Source: Octopus sinensis
Taxonomy: Eukaryota
Direction: 5' to 3'
DNA: 64,000 bases
NCBI RefSeq assembly: GCF_006345805.1
Contig: NC_042998.1
Coordinates: 156,240,001 to 156,304,000 of the forward strand
This document shows positions 13,253 to 26,815 of the stretch, piece by piece. Numbering within the stretch: the stretch's first letter is position 1; the number at the start of each line of letters is the position of its first letter. The position numbers and the translations under genes were made by a program. Under the pieces are notes generated by a model, which had not been told where the DNA came from, searched no databases, and worked only from the letters and a program-made list of their open reading frames with translations.

Positions 13253-13320
13253 TGTATGTATGTATGTATGTATGTATGTATGTATGTATGTATGTATGTA
13301 TGCATGTATGTATGCATATG
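13225..13320. repeat. (TATG)n microsatellite
   Basis: Direct inspection. Confidence 0.95.
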
Positions 13321-13324
13321 CTTA

Positions 13325-13590
13325 TTGGACACCCTGCGGGATGAAAAACAAAACCCATCAAAGGGCGGAGAAACTCTTGAGAGTCAAAGGCCATCCAATA
13401 AATGTCTTAAGGCTGTATCATGCGCGGGGACATAGAAATAATTGGACTGAATACCCGATCGCACGGTTAAACCATTGGGAGTGAAGGACTCCTAGCCTTT
13501 GTTAGGGCATCCTTCTAGGAGAAGGTAACTCAGGTAACTGGGATAACTCCGACATAAAACCTGCGGCTCAGTGGTTACCGATGATGTTGA
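13325..13590 (+). mobile_element. Possible RTE-type LINE 5' UTR fragment
   Basis: GC-richer island with ggagaaggtaactc and taaaacctgcggctc, resembling RTE 5' UTR motifs from memory; no ORF support. Confidence 0.3.
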
Positions 13591-13754
13591 CTTGTTCTTC
13601 TTTTCGGATTATAGGTGCTGTTGCTTAGTGAGTGGGATTGACTCAGTGCACAGCCTTTCCTCACTTAAAAAAAAATCTTGCACAGGCAAGATAACAACAT
13701 TGATTAAGCTTCGTGCAATGGCCACACTCGATAACGAGGGTTCAGCCACCACCA

Positions 13755-13903
13755 TGTATGTATGTATGTATGTATGTATGTATGTATGTATGTATGTATG
13801 TATGTATGTATGTATGTAGTATGTATGTATGTACGTACGTATGTATGTATGTATGTATGTATGTATGTATGTATGTATGTATGTATGTATGTATGTATGT
13901 ATG
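13755..13903. repeat. (TATG)n microsatellite
   Basis: Direct inspection. Confidence 0.95.
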
Positions 13904-15200
13904 CAAAAGTAACCGGCAACGTTTTCTGTGGGACAAGCTCGTTGTGGAAGCCACTTGATGCGACCCTCGGACGTCAGTCTACCGACCGGCGTCGTTCTAT
14001 TATGCAGTACTGCCGTGTGGTGCGTCTTTGTTTTGCAGTACATCTCCCCTGTTCGTCGATTTTTGCGATGGCTGTAACGAAGGAACAGCGTGCTTCCGTG
14101 AAATTCTGTTTTCTGCCGGGGAAAACGGTGGCTGAAACAGTTTCATGCTTCAAACAGCTTACAAGGATGCTGCCATGAGCAAAACACAAGTTTGCGAATA
14201 GTTTTCACACATTAAGAATGTTTCCTTGTCGCTTGAAGACCAACCTCGTTCGGGATGACTGTCGACTTCACGAACAAATGGAAACATCATGAAATTTCGT
14301 GAAGTGGTGTTGGAGGACCGTCGCTGAACAATTGGCGAACTTGCTGACATGACTGGTGTGTCCTGGAGCTCCTGTCAACAAATTTTGAGTTAAGAATTTC
14401 GAATGAAAAGAGTTGCAGCAAAATTTGTGCTTCACTTGCTCACAGAAGATCAAAAGCAATCACGACTGAATGCGTGTCATGAATTGAAAGAACAGTTCGA
14501 AGTTGATCTGGACTTTTTTCGAAGGTCATCACTGGTGACGGAAACTGTTGCTTCGATTACGAACCGGAAACAACGCTGCAATGAAGTCAACGGAAGCATT
14601 CGATGTCAGAACACTCTCCAAAAAGCGCATCAAGTGAAGTCCAGTGTCAAGACGATGCTGATTTATTTCCTCGGTGCGAAAGGATATATCTACACAGAAT
14701 TTGTTCCTCTTGGTCAAAGTGTTATCCAGACATTTTACTTTGCAGTTCTGAAGCGTTTGCCAGACGCAATGAGACGAAAACACCACGACCTGTGGCAAAG
14801 TAGAGAGTGGTGATTTCATCACGACAATGCGTCTGTGCACATCGCTTTGAGTGTGAGACAGTTTTTGACCAAAGATGGCATGACTCCGATTACCCACCCT
14901 CTTCACCTACCCTATTCACCAGATCTTGCTCCCTGTGATTTGTTTTTTGTTCCCCGAATGAAAAAATCCTTAAAGGAAATCGTTTTGCAGATATGGAAGA
15001 GGTGAAGGTAAAACGACGGAGGCCTTAAAAGGTATCACTTCGCAAGAGTTCTAGGACTGCCTCGAACACTAGAAAACGTGTCTGGACCGATGTATCGCTT
15101 CAAATGGAGAATACTTTGAATACAATAAAAGTATAAATAAATAAACTAAGTGAATAAAATTATATTGCAGAATTCCGGTTTCTTTTGAGTACCCCCTCGT
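13904..15200 (+). mobile_element. Near full-length mariner (DD34D, irritans-like), inactive
   Basis: Peptides MAVTKEQRASVKFCF.PGKT, KRVAAKFVLHLLT, HHDNASVH and PYSPDLAPCD; 3' TIR ccggtttcttttgagtacccccTCGTA; partial 5' TIR caaaagtaaccgg; frameshifts and stops. Confidence 0.92.
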
Positions 15201-15644
15201 ATGGGAAAAAGGTTAAGTTCTATGCAAGTAAGGATAAAAGAAAATTGGTTTGGGTATTGAAATGCTTCTGGGCCTTAAAACGATTCGTACTTTTTTTATT
15301 TTCTAATTTCTTAAAATACCACAACGCTTTCAACATGTGTTTTGATTTTCCAATGGTAACTAAATAGCAAAAATAAAATAAGATGACTATTTAAAAGAAG
15401 AGATTGCGCAAGAAAAAATTTCATTGCGATAAAACTTTAGATCACTGGTATCTTTGTGAATTTTTGGAGAACGTGGTATGTAGGAACCGTATCCTAGAAA
15501 TATTTTATACGCATGAGTACCAAGGTGCATGTTTTCCAATACACCCTTCCATAAGTTGTGCAAACTCTCAAATCTGTTCTCAGTTATGTTGTGAACATAT
15601 CGCTCTCGTCGTAAGTACTGTATGTCGATCAGGCAAAATTCTCC

Positions 15645-15646
<2 letters not shown>

Positions 15647-15700
<54 letters not shown>
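15647..15700. repeat. (TG)n microsatellite
   Basis: Direct inspection. Confidence 0.95.
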
Positions 15701-15703
<3 letters not shown>

Positions 15704-16889
15704 AGAAGCAGAGAAGGCGTTGGTATTCGGTAAATACAAGCAGAATTTTTTTTTCAGAAAAATTGAAAACATTCATAATCTCTGTGCTTACGTAAATTCC
15801 ATGGTAATGCAGTACATACAAAAGTATTCAAAATTATATTGTTGATTGCTATGTTTATTCTTATTGTATTTCTGCTGTGTGGGATGATTCTATCCAACAG
15901 TTTGTTCACTGCTACGCTACACTTAATTGTTGTCCTCGTGCTTCTCTCGTAGTATTTTTCGACTGAGATTTTTATGATTTTGATGGTAGCATATATGAGA
16001 TTTTTGATTGAGAGAGGGGGGGGGAGAGAGAATAAAAGAGGAGGAGAGAGAAATATAGAGAGGGAACTGGTGATATGAATATATTTTAGTGTGTTGTATA
16101 TATATCTCAATTTCTCTTAAAGCAATTGAATTTGTAGTGACAAAAATTGGACGAGTTTATTGCAGCACCAAACTATTCTCCTCATTAATCAAGATCCTTT
16201 TCGTGAAGATTCGAAGTGAGCCATCTTGTGTTCTTTGTGATTTCTAATAGTCTGTGACATAATCCATGATGAATCTAATATATGCACACACAAGTTTTAC
16301 TTCGCGTTTTCTAGACTGACATCTATGTATGATCTTAACATGCTTTTGTGTCGTTTCAGCTTATTTATTGACACCCAAGCGCGTTGTGGATAAGGTAATT
16401 GTCTACAGCGTGTGTATGTGTGTGTATGTTTATGTTGCATGTGCATTGTGTGCTTGTGTGTGTATGTTTATGTTGCATGTGCGTTGTGTGCTTGTGTGTG
16501 CGATATGAGTATATAATTGGGCTTTCTTTCGTGTTACTAGCAAGAAGAAAGACGGGAGATTTGGGAAGTGCTACCTTTAATGTTTGTTTAGAGCCACGAT
16601 TCTATGTTGCTGTTGTTTAGATGTTGTTATTTAATTATATATGAGGAACACTAGTAGCTACTATACAAAGAGAATATTAGGTGCTTATGCTGAAAGACGT
16701 ATCTTTTATAAAATAAAATAATTAGTCAATGAAAGGTTCTAATCAGATTGTAAGTTAAAACTGATTTATTTTATAACCAATTGACTGCATGGTCTTCATC
16801 TTGAGTCTCTTCATGCACATCATCATCTCCGTGGTTGTCTTAATGATTGCTATTTAATCAACTCTGATCTATTAACTTTTATTATTATT

Positions 16890-17060
16890 ATTATTACCCT
16901 GTGCGCATAAGCGAAAGCAGGCTATTGTAATCACTCGTCTTCGTCTGTTTGTCTGTATGTCTGCAAAATTACTGCAAAACGGCTGAACGGATTTTCACCA
17001 CATTTGGCAGAAATACTTATCGAGATGATAACCATTTGGTTTAGTGATTTCAGAAAAAAA
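16890..17060 (+). mobile_element. Helentron-associated (DINE-1/HINE-like) 5' fragment
   Basis: ttattaccctg...caggg short inverted motif, gtctgtttgtctgtatgtctg tract, then aacggctgaacggattttcacca, the usual HINE layout. Confidence 0.55.
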
Positions 17061-17185
17061 AATCGAACTTACAAATTTTCCGATAAGCAAATGGTCATAT
17101 TATTTTGTTCACTTTCATTTTCATATGAAACGACCCTCGTCTGCGTGTGTATAGATCATGGCGTACTTATGAGCGTAAGCACGTG

Positions 17186-17368
17186 TGCATACATACATAC
17201 ATACATACATACATACATACATACATACATACATACATACATACGTACGTACGTACGTACGTACATACATACATACATACATACATACATACATACATAC
17301 ATACATACATACATACATACATACATACATACATACGTACGTACGTACATACATACATACATACATAT
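17186..17368. repeat. (TACA)n/(TACG)n microsatellite
   Basis: Direct inspection. Confidence 0.95.
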
Positions 17369-17913
17369 GCGACTGTGTGCGCGTGCGTACAGTGATGGCT
17401 TCAACGGTTTGTTTATTTACGACTTGATTTCTTAATTTCACCGGAGTATAATGGTTATGCTAAAAAAAATTAATTCAATTCAATTAAAAAGCATGGGTAA
17501 GCAACCTATTGTAAGACACACTATAATTTGCGAAAAAATATTATCTGTGCGCAGGGTATGTATCGCTCCTGCGACACCTGTTTTTCTAATTTTTTCTATG
17601 GTCAATTCAGACATTGACCATAGACACCACACGCTTCAGAGAGGAGTACAACTACTTGTTTGTGACTATAATATATTAAAATTTGTGTGTCTAATAAGTC
17701 AATACAATGCAGAGAATATTTTTAATGCAGCAAAATTCTCGCATCAGCTCAGTGGCATTGCGTTCCTTGAGTTTGCCACCCACTACCTCCAAGAAAACCA
17801 CAATATAATAAAGGAGTGCCTCATCAAAAATTTGAATCCTGGCGAATTTTTTTAATTACACTTATGTAGCATCTCTCAATTTGGGTGGAGAAACCAGGTT
17901 TTACTCTGAATCG

Positions 17914-18040
<127 letters not shown>

Positions 18041-18432
18041 GGCGCAGGAGTTGCTGTGTGGTAAGTAGCTTGCTAACCAGCCACATGGTTCTGGGTTCAG
18101 TCCCACTGCGTGGCATCTTGGGCTATAGCCCCGGGCCGACCAATGCCTTGTGAGTGGATTTGGTAGACGGAAACTGAAAGAAGCCTGTCGTATATATGTA
18201 TATATGTGTGTATGTGTTTGTGTGTATGTGTTTGTGTGTCTGTGTTTGTCCCCCTAGCATTGCTTGACAACCGATGCTGGTGTGTTTACGTCCCCGTCAC
18301 TTAGTGGTTCGGCAGAAGAGACCGATAGAATAAGTACTGGGCTTACAAAGAATAAGTACCGGGGTCGATTTGCTCGGCTAAAGGCGGTGCTCCAGCATGG
18401 CTGCAGTCAAATGACTGCAACAAGTAAAAGAA
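18041..18432 (+). mobile_element. Full-length SINE, family A
   Basis: ggcgcaggagttgctgtgtggtaagtagc head; collinear with 12441 and 34413. Confidence 0.9.
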
Positions 18433-18454
18433 TATATATATATATATATATATT

Positions 18455-19462
18455 ATACAAAATGGGACAAGAAGGCAAAATATCTAGACAGTTAGGTGAT
18501 ACAAAAAAGGGACAACAAAACATCCATGTAGGCGATACAAAGAAAACAATGACGAGTCATTCGGAGTTTTCTTTCCTCAGTCGAGTTCCAGATTATCTTT
18601 GCAATTTCGGCTGATTATACTCGAGATTGCTCCAATCTGGCCAGCCCCAAGGAAAAACTAAGCTAAGAGCATTAGATTCCTTGGAAGAAAGCAGTGAATG
18701 TGTACGAAAACAAGGAGGGGAAAAAGACGGAGAATGTTACACAAATACTTCGACTAAGGACGAATTAAATTAAGCTGGCGTGTGTGGAAATAAAGCCTTA
18801 CGACAAGGATACAAGATTTCACCGGCACAGGGAAGAATATAGATCTTGCACGGACGACGGCTAAACCAAGGAAGAAAGATCAGGCTTAGCCGAACACCGG
18901 TCACGTAGGTAGAGAAGGGAGAGAGGTGGAGGCAGAGGGACAGAAGAAATAAGGAGAGGCAAGAAAAAAATGACAGGGACACAGTGAAGAGAAAAGAGGA
19001 GGGAAAATGAGCAAGAAGAGAAGGCATGGAAATGTGAGAGAGGGAGAACGAAAGAACGAAGAATGGAATGAACGAATAAGCGTGAAAGGGCTGATAGAAA
19101 GAATAGAGTCGTGCAAGATTTAGATAAATATAGAGACCAAAGTGTACATACGCTGCTCTTAGCTTAGTTGTCATGTCTTGTTATTTGTATTTGTGTAACA
19201 TTCTCCGTTTTTTTCCGTCCTTGTTTTTGCATACATTCGCTGCTTTCCCCCAAGGAATCTAATGCTCTTAGCTTAGATTTTCATTGGGGCAATCTCAAGT
19301 ATAACCAGCCGAAATTGCAAAGATAATCTGTAACTCAACAGAGGAAAGAAAACTGCGAATGACCCGTCCTTGCTTTCTTTGTGTCGTCTGTCTGGATGTT
19401 TTGTTGTCCCTTTTTTTGTATCACTTAACTGTTTGGATGTTTTGCCTTCTTGTCCCATTTGG

Positions 19463-19466
<4 letters not shown>
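18455..19466 (-). mobile_element. PLE-like element with ~290-bp inverted arms
   Basis: Arms 18455-18748 and 19187-19466 are reverse complements, both starting aaatgggacaagaaggcaaaa; (TA)n on both flanks; short internal ORF 18770-19174. Confidence 0.65.
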
Positions 19467-19504
<38 letters not shown>

Positions 19505-19714
19505 CGGCGTACGTACACCTTGGTCTCTTACATGTAAGTATATGTATATATATATATTAAAAATGTCGGGTGTGTTGAAACCAAATGTCTGATTCCAACA
19601 CGCTAATTCTGTCAATAGGGCTTCAATTTTTTGTTGGAGTCAGTTTATTCTCAACTAAATGACTATTACTTTTAGGAAAAATATAAACTGTATATTTTTC
19701 ATATACTCATGTCT

Positions 19715-19912
19715 CTACTGGCAGAATCGTTAGCACGCCGGGCAAAATGCTTTGCGGCATTTCACCCGTTTGGGGTTTAAATTATGCCGAGATTGACTTT
19801 GCCTTTCATCCTTTCTGGGTTGATGAAATAAGTACCAGATAAGACTGGGGGCGATGTAATCAACCACCCTCTGTCCCGAAACTGTTGACCTTGTGCTAAA
19901 ATTTGAAATCAT
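19715..19912 (+). mobile_element. SINE family B
   Basis: ctggcagaatcgttagcacgccgggcaaaatgc head and the family B body. Confidence 0.8.
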
Positions 19913-20071
19913 TATTTAGTGCTCAGTGAAAACAAGCATGTTATAAAAAAAATGATTTATCATTATGGAAACATTATTTTAAAAAAAATTAAAGAAATCT
20001 TTTACAAATAACAATATATTGCCATAATAAATCTCTCAGCGAGATATAAACAGCAGCTGCAACACATCGTG

Positions 20072-20252
20072 AAGTATATTTGCCACTTAAATGTGGCTAA
20101 TCCCTAAAGGTCGATGCTACTGTAGCTTGCAAATGCTGATAGGGCACAGAAAGTGCGTCAATAGCCAGCTCGGGGAGGTGTCCTCCTGGGGATGCAAGCT
20201 ACTGTAGCATCCACCCTTAGGGGTTAGCCACATTTAAGTGGCAAATATACTT
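20072..20252. repeat. 60-bp inverted repeat (foldback or MITE-like)
   Basis: Arms 20072-20131 and 20193-20252 match at 56/60; 61-bp spacer. Confidence 0.85.
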
Positions 20253-20734
20253 ATTGTCACTTTTCCCCTTTCCTGGCATGTATTTACAATCTACAGTGGG
20301 AGACACTTCTTCAGTAAGAAAGTACTTGATACTGATTTCTTATATATGCATAAGACTATAAATGTCGCTGAACAGAAATGTGGATTTTCACCAACCATTA
20401 CCATCGGAAGACTGAAAGATAAAATCGACGTCTGTGGGATTAGAACTCAGTACGAAAAGAACCGTAACTTGATACTGCAATGTTCCGAAATGCTTCCTTG
20501 GTAGGTGGAGAATGAGTATAGTTGAACTAATAATGTCTATATTTATGTTCGTTTCGCTAGAAAGTAGGAAAAATAAGAATCAGCTCTGTAGCGTATTTGC
20601 AGCTACCTATTTTTACAGTCATATATAAACAAATCAGATGAATTGGAGATGACCTAGAAAATTGACCAATTTTTACAATATTTAGGTCAGGTTGCGTTAG
20701 TGCACATTAGATAAGCTGAAATAAGGTCTCGTGA

Positions 20735-21235
20735 ACATTACAATGTGTGTGTGTGTGTGCTTGTTTGTGTGCGCATGTTCTCGTAAGCGTTTGCGTGCGT
20801 CCGCGCGTATGCATGTGCACCGATGTGTGCGAGGATATATATTTGTTAGCATGTGTATTGTAGAGATAAGGCGGGAGTTAGAAGGAGGATGTGTATGTGT
20901 ATGCGCGTGCATATGTGTTCATGAAATTAGATGTTTTCCTTTATATATGGCTTATATGCCAAGGTGTATAAAAGCTTTTAGCTTTTTCCGTTAACAGGTC
21001 GGTTAAGAAAAGCGTGTGTTTGTATATTTACGCGCGCGTATACGCAGTCACACATACACGCAGTTTATATGTGTACATTTGAGTGAGTGAGTGAGTGTAA
21101 GAGAATGAGAGAGGGTGAGAGAGAGTGTGCGTGTGTGTAAGAGAATGGAGAGGAGCGAGAGTGTGTGCGAGCGTGTGTGTGTGTGTGCGTGTGTTTGTTT
21201 GTGTGTGTGTATGTGAGTGTGTGTGTGTGTGTATC
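20735..21235. repeat. Compound TG/GA low-complexity tracts
   Basis: Direct inspection. Confidence 0.85.
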
Positions 21236-22063
21236 CATGAGTCTTATACAGTTGAAAGTGCAACGTATATATATAAACAGATGTTCACCTCCTTTTAGGT
21301 TTTATATACGAAGCAGATGGTTTTTCTATTGTTCCCCAAGAATAGCTCCGTATAATTTTTAATGTAACTCACTAAACATCCCTTATCTAAATCTACTGAA
21401 ACCAAGGATGCTTCCTGTCTGTATTTGCAAGTATTCTTTCGCATTAGACTACATGTCAATAACGACGAAAAATTGTCCTTATTAGAATTACAACTATTAT
21501 ATTTCATTTCGTTTTTGTATTTGGTTTGCAAGATTCGGCATGTGAATTGGTGTATTGAAGCATCAACGACTATTAAAGAGATTGCAAGACGCAACAAAAA
21601 CTTTAGAAAAATAAATAAGTAAATAAGTGGAAATCAAACCGGTGGGTGCACTAAAAGATAATGACTCTTCCCAGACGCAATAAAATATTACATTTCATTT
21701 CTCAAACTAATAGTTCTGGTGTCGGCAAACTTGAAAAAGGTACTAAAAACTATTAATGGATCTCCGTATATTACTAGTACTCAATATATTGATTCCTCTA
21801 ATCACGTGCCATAAAATAAATATTACTAATTATGGAAACAATTCAAGCATTTTTTATGTGAGAATGATTTCTTTTAGTTAAATTCATGGTTCCATATTTT
21901 AGAGATTGTTCATGCTCTTCCCCACCAGGGCCGACGCTAAGGAGTGCGGGGCCCAATTAAAGAATTGGCAGTGGTGTTCTCTACTCTGCAAAAGCTGATG
22001 ATTGATGTTTTATGCTTCGTGTAGTATGTCAATCCCTGCTGAAAAGCGATGAGGATTGTACGT

Positions 22064-24906
22064 CAGTGTTTCCCAAACTTTTCGCACCAAATTGCAATAT
22101 CGTCCACCTGTCGGCCAAAAAATGCTCATTGCCCACCTGTGTAAAAAAAAAACCGACACAACCCCACCCAATACAAAATCCCTTAGGACCCCACCCCTGT
22201 ATCATTTGATACACACACTATATTGTAGACTCATTGCCATGTTAGTGCCATTTGGACTAAATATGCAGTTGTTTACAAATCCCTTATTGTGGGTTTAGTT
22301 TAGCGTGAATAAAATTCTAACGTTAACTTTATATTATGCAGACAGATTAACTTCTGGAAACTTGCGCTTTATTTTACACTGATTTTCATTTTCCTCAAAT
22401 GAACCATTGGTCAGAACTACCGATGCAAAAATAATGATTGTATTATAAAGGAAAAGAATAAAACCTTTTAATGAGAACCATGTGTCTGGTGCGATGCAGC
22501 CAGTGCAGATACATTCGGTTTCAAACTTGTCAACTTTAGCCGCAAGTCTCCTCGCTGTATCACATCCAATCCAATTCTATTATGGGAAAATAAAATTCCA
22601 ACATGGTTAAAACCAGATTCAACCAGGTATGAGGTAATGAAGACAAGCAAAAGTAATTTCAGATGTTTCCACAAATTGGGGTATGAATTCAGTGTACTCT
22701 GGTGGTACCACAAACCTTCTTTGTCATTATGGCGATATCGCATTGTGGCGTCATTGTCATTTTGTAATTCTATCAATTCCTCCTGAATATCATCCTCGCA
22801 AACAACTGCACTGGACCTCAAATGGATTGCTATACCAATTTGGAATCTTTCAAAGAATAAAGTTGTGGAACTTGATGGAACTTGAAATGTTAGTCTTAAA
22901 CAACGCCAATTTCGAAATGGAGGTAGTGATAACTGATTTACAATCAACGAGAGTTTTTCTGTTTCCTTGTAATAACTTATCCAGATCATGTGAATATATC
23001 ACAAAGAAAAAAAGAAATCGCACCTTGTAGACATCAATGAAGGGGATAGTGGAGTATCTTCAAAGAAAAATATATTATGTAGAACAGTTCGACAAAGCGT
23101 AAAACACAGTTTCCTTTTGACAGCCACCACACTTTGGTATGGTATAAGAGTTTAGTATGGTCCTCGTCATTTCTCAGACAGAGTTGATGGAAAATTCGAT
23201 CACACAAGGGACTGGACTTCAATTTTTTCACAGTCTTGATAACTAACTGTAGTGCATCATTCAATCTGCTGCCAGTGTACCAAAGAATGAACAGTTAGTA
23301 TCTGGTGTGGAATTTCATGCTTTAGGAGGGATAAAAAAACCTCTGTATCTTCCTATCATCGAAGGGGCTCCATTAGACACACAGGCAAGAATATTACTGA
23401 GTGGGGTATTACGTTCAAAAGGGAAAGACTTGAGAATGTGAATAGTTTCACCTTTTGAATCAAGCGGAAATTTCTCAGTGAACAGCATTTCCTTTCAAGG
23501 TTGAAGGTCTTCGCTGAAATACCGAACATATACCATCATCAAACATTGGTTGTCTACAACAGTTGACTCATCCATTTGTATAGAAAATTCAGAACGCTGG
23601 AGAATATTAATGAGCTGATGTTTGACATCATTGGCCATTTCATCGATGCGTCGAAAAATTGCGTTATTACTAAGTGGGATCTTCTTCATAATGTTATCGA
23701 GTTTTTCGTGCATAACGGATGATAAAACCTCTTCAATAACTGGGCAAAATGATGTTTCTCCAATTGTGGGAGACTTCCCACACTTAGCAACAAGCAAGCA
23801 ATGTTGTACGATGCAATCAACCCGTCATTCTCCTGTTTACTAGTTTCCTAGAGTAGCGTGTTGAATGTTTGTATTTGCTTTTTGAAAGAGGAGCTCAGTT
23901 GCAAAAAGTATGATAACGGCTTGTCTTTCTTGTCAGAATGTTTTGCATCAAAGTGATACTTCAAGCATGAAGGTTTCATTACTTCGTTGGTCAATGTTTG
24001 ATGGCAAAGAAGGCACATTGGTAACTAACAATTTTGAGGAGAGGGAATAAATTCAAACAAATTTTCTGGACTGGAAGCATCAGTAAAGTGAAAATGTGAA
24101 AACGAATTTCTACAGACGGCGTCAGAAAGGCAGTATGGTATTCCCAAAGAGAAGTCAACAGAGCAGAGTCAGGTAACACGTCTTTACAGGAGCAAATACG
24201 GATCTAGTTCGTTTGGCTGCCAGCATTTCAAAAATTAAAGTTTATTGAAAATTTTAGAATTTGGTACATTAATGTATCTTACTGACCTAAATTACTGGAG
24301 CTATTCAACTTTTTCCAGAAAAGATGTTTTTAAAAAGTTATAGCAATTTGAAGTTTGATCATTTTCATCCAGTCAAGAAACACGATGTCAAAGCTGTCAT
24401 TCTGTTCGTGACTGCAACATCCTGAAAATAGCACTTGTGTTTTGATATGAAACCACAGAATTACGTACGACATATAACCCCTCATAACCTTTTTTTATAT
24501 TTCGGAATTTGAATTCTATATGCGGGACTTCATATGATTATGCAAAAAATAAAATTTGTAGTGGAGTGTGATTTAAGGCCTAGGCCTATTTGGCTGCTAT
24601 TTTTAGCACGCATGACAACCAATGACTGCGACAAAAATATTCGATCGATAAAGAAGTCCATTTTTTTAATATAAAGGGACGTCTCATGCGAGTAGTCAAA
24701 TCGATAAAAGTGCATTCTTATTCTAGGCATACCTAGATACCAGTAAATGCATACTTGATTTCTAAAAATTCATTGTCACCCACAAAAGGTTCATATCGTA
24801 CACCAAAATCTCAAATCGCCCGTCATTTTCGAGAAATTTACCCATCGCCCACCTGTAAATTGAAATCGCACACCGCTGGGCGATAGCCCACATTTGGGAA
24901 GCTATG
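22064..24906 (-). mobile_element. Full-length hAT Charlie/Buster-type transposon, inactive
   Basis: TIR cagtgtttcccaaa at 22064 and degenerate tttgggaagctatg at ~24893-24906; subterminal tcgcccacctgt repeats; peptides NEVMKPS.LK.H (BED), GKSPTIGE, PLSNN..RRIDEMA, FSIQMDEST, HTKVWWLSKG, TSYLVESGF and RGDLRLKLT. Confidence 0.92.
24200..24600. mobile_element. Unclassified repeat nested in the hAT element (same family as 1380-1800)
   Basis: Alignment by eye to the reverse complement of 1380-1800; lies between the hAT 5' end and its ORF. Confidence 0.55.
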
Positions 24907-25784
24907 CTGTATGCGATGAATATCCAATACCAAACTATCTTAATCTACATATTTAAGCTGCATTAAACTTTGGCATGCCTGCCTTTACCTATTCTGAGTT
25001 ACTTGAAAGATGATGTTCCCTTCTCTCACTTATATTTATTGACATCTTTGTTTACCTTTCACGCCGTTGTTTCAGTTTAAGGATGCTTATTTACCCATCC
25101 ATTATGATATTTCGACTGTTTTCCATTGTTTAAAATACGGTTTAGCATTGTCGTTCTAGCCCTTTTTAAACAATCACATATGATTCGTCCCAAAGAATCA
25201 ACCTTTGAATAAGAGTTTTGCTTCCACTAGCGAAAGCTATACGTATCTTTCAGAAATCTCCATACCAATTTAGCTTTATGCTGCATTCGCTGTTAGTTTA
25301 GGCGTAGGCTATGTGGGAAGACAGAATAAATGGACTTTTGTTGGATTATCTCTCCGAAAAAATAGCTCCCTTTGCTGTTGAATAAAATAAACTCAAAGAT
25401 GAGGAAGTTTCAACATCTTCCTTCAATTTCCTTACATCATTTATGTGGTTGCTTCTGACAAAAAATCTCGCTTTTATGTAAAACAACTATATTTTGTAGT
25501 CATTATCCGTAATCTTCTCCCAAAACATTTCAGTAGCTCTACTTTGCATCGCTTGCGAACTTATATCTTTTATGATCATTAAAGTGCAATGACCTCCACA
25601 ATAACCAGCCTTTAATTTCATTTGCCGTTCCTAGGTTAATCGGAAACATAGATTGCCGTGCTACTTAGAAAAGTAGTTCAATTATTTGGTGTGAAAAATA
25701 CCACCAAAGCAACTTAAACCGTCCAAAGAACGGGTGCGTTTGCTAGTGTATAAAAATTCTATGTACAATAAGCATAAAGAGTGA

Positions 25785-25955
25785 AAATTGAGTGGGAGGG
25801 GGATAGTCGATTACTTTGACCCGAATGCTCAATTGGTACTTATTTTACCAACCTCGGAAGAATAAAAATCAAAGTCAACCTCCGCGGAATTTGAACTTAG
25901 AACTTTGAAATATCAAAAAGCTTTTGTCCGGCATGCTAATAATTCTGTCAGTTCA
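25785..25955 (-). mobile_element. SINE family B, decayed
   Basis: aaagtcaacctccgcggaatttgaact and ggtacttatttt motifs. Confidence 0.7.
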
Positions 25956-26815
25956 CTGGTTTTACGCTTTACATAATGATATTTAACAAAACAGTTTTAG
26001 TATTAAGTATAATGTTTACATATGCCTAGAGATAGCAGGAGTCTTTAAGTCCTTATTAGAAACGAGATACAGAATGAAATGTATCTAGTAAAATATATTT
26101 AATGAAAGATAAATTGACCAAACAATTAACCTATGATACTTAACACGAGGAGTTTAAGTACTTCGCGGAAGTCAACGTGCAAATTTATTAGATAAATTGT
26201 TTCATGACGAACGTCGTGAGAAATAGTCATAGGGTGAAATAGAAAAGGAAGAAATTCAGACTTGTTTTAAAAACATGATGTACTACTTAGTACACTAAGT
26301 AATTTTCTAATAATATAAATCTCATCAAACGGATGAAACCTCTGTGTAGTTGTCTCTCATAATTGCCACAGAGAAAAATACCATTTGGCATTGATTAACA
26401 TTATTTATCTTTTTATACGTTTAGAATATATTTTATTAAGAATGTTTCTACCTACATATCTAATCATATAGATAAGAGTGAACATAAATTTGAAAAAGAA
26501 AATTCATTTATATTTTATATTTATAAATTCATTTATATTTTACAAAGATAAGCAAATAAATTAAGCCGTCAATTAAGAATAAAATTCATTTATTTCTTTT
26601 TTGATAACTAAAATTTTCAATTTTCTAAAATTCTCCGATTATTATTTTATCAGAAATTGTTCAAGATACTCACAATTTACTTTAACCGGACAAAAAATTA
26701 ACTTCGGTAAAGTAGAGGAAAGTTCGTTGTGAGTCGAGCTCTTAACTGAAGTAAATTTACTTCACCCAACAAACTAATGCTTTTGGGAAAGCAAGAGCTT
26801 CACACAGTTTATTCA

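Noticed and set aside
21927-21975. cagggccg...ggggccc hAT-like terminus
   Set aside because: Under 50 bp, with no partner end.
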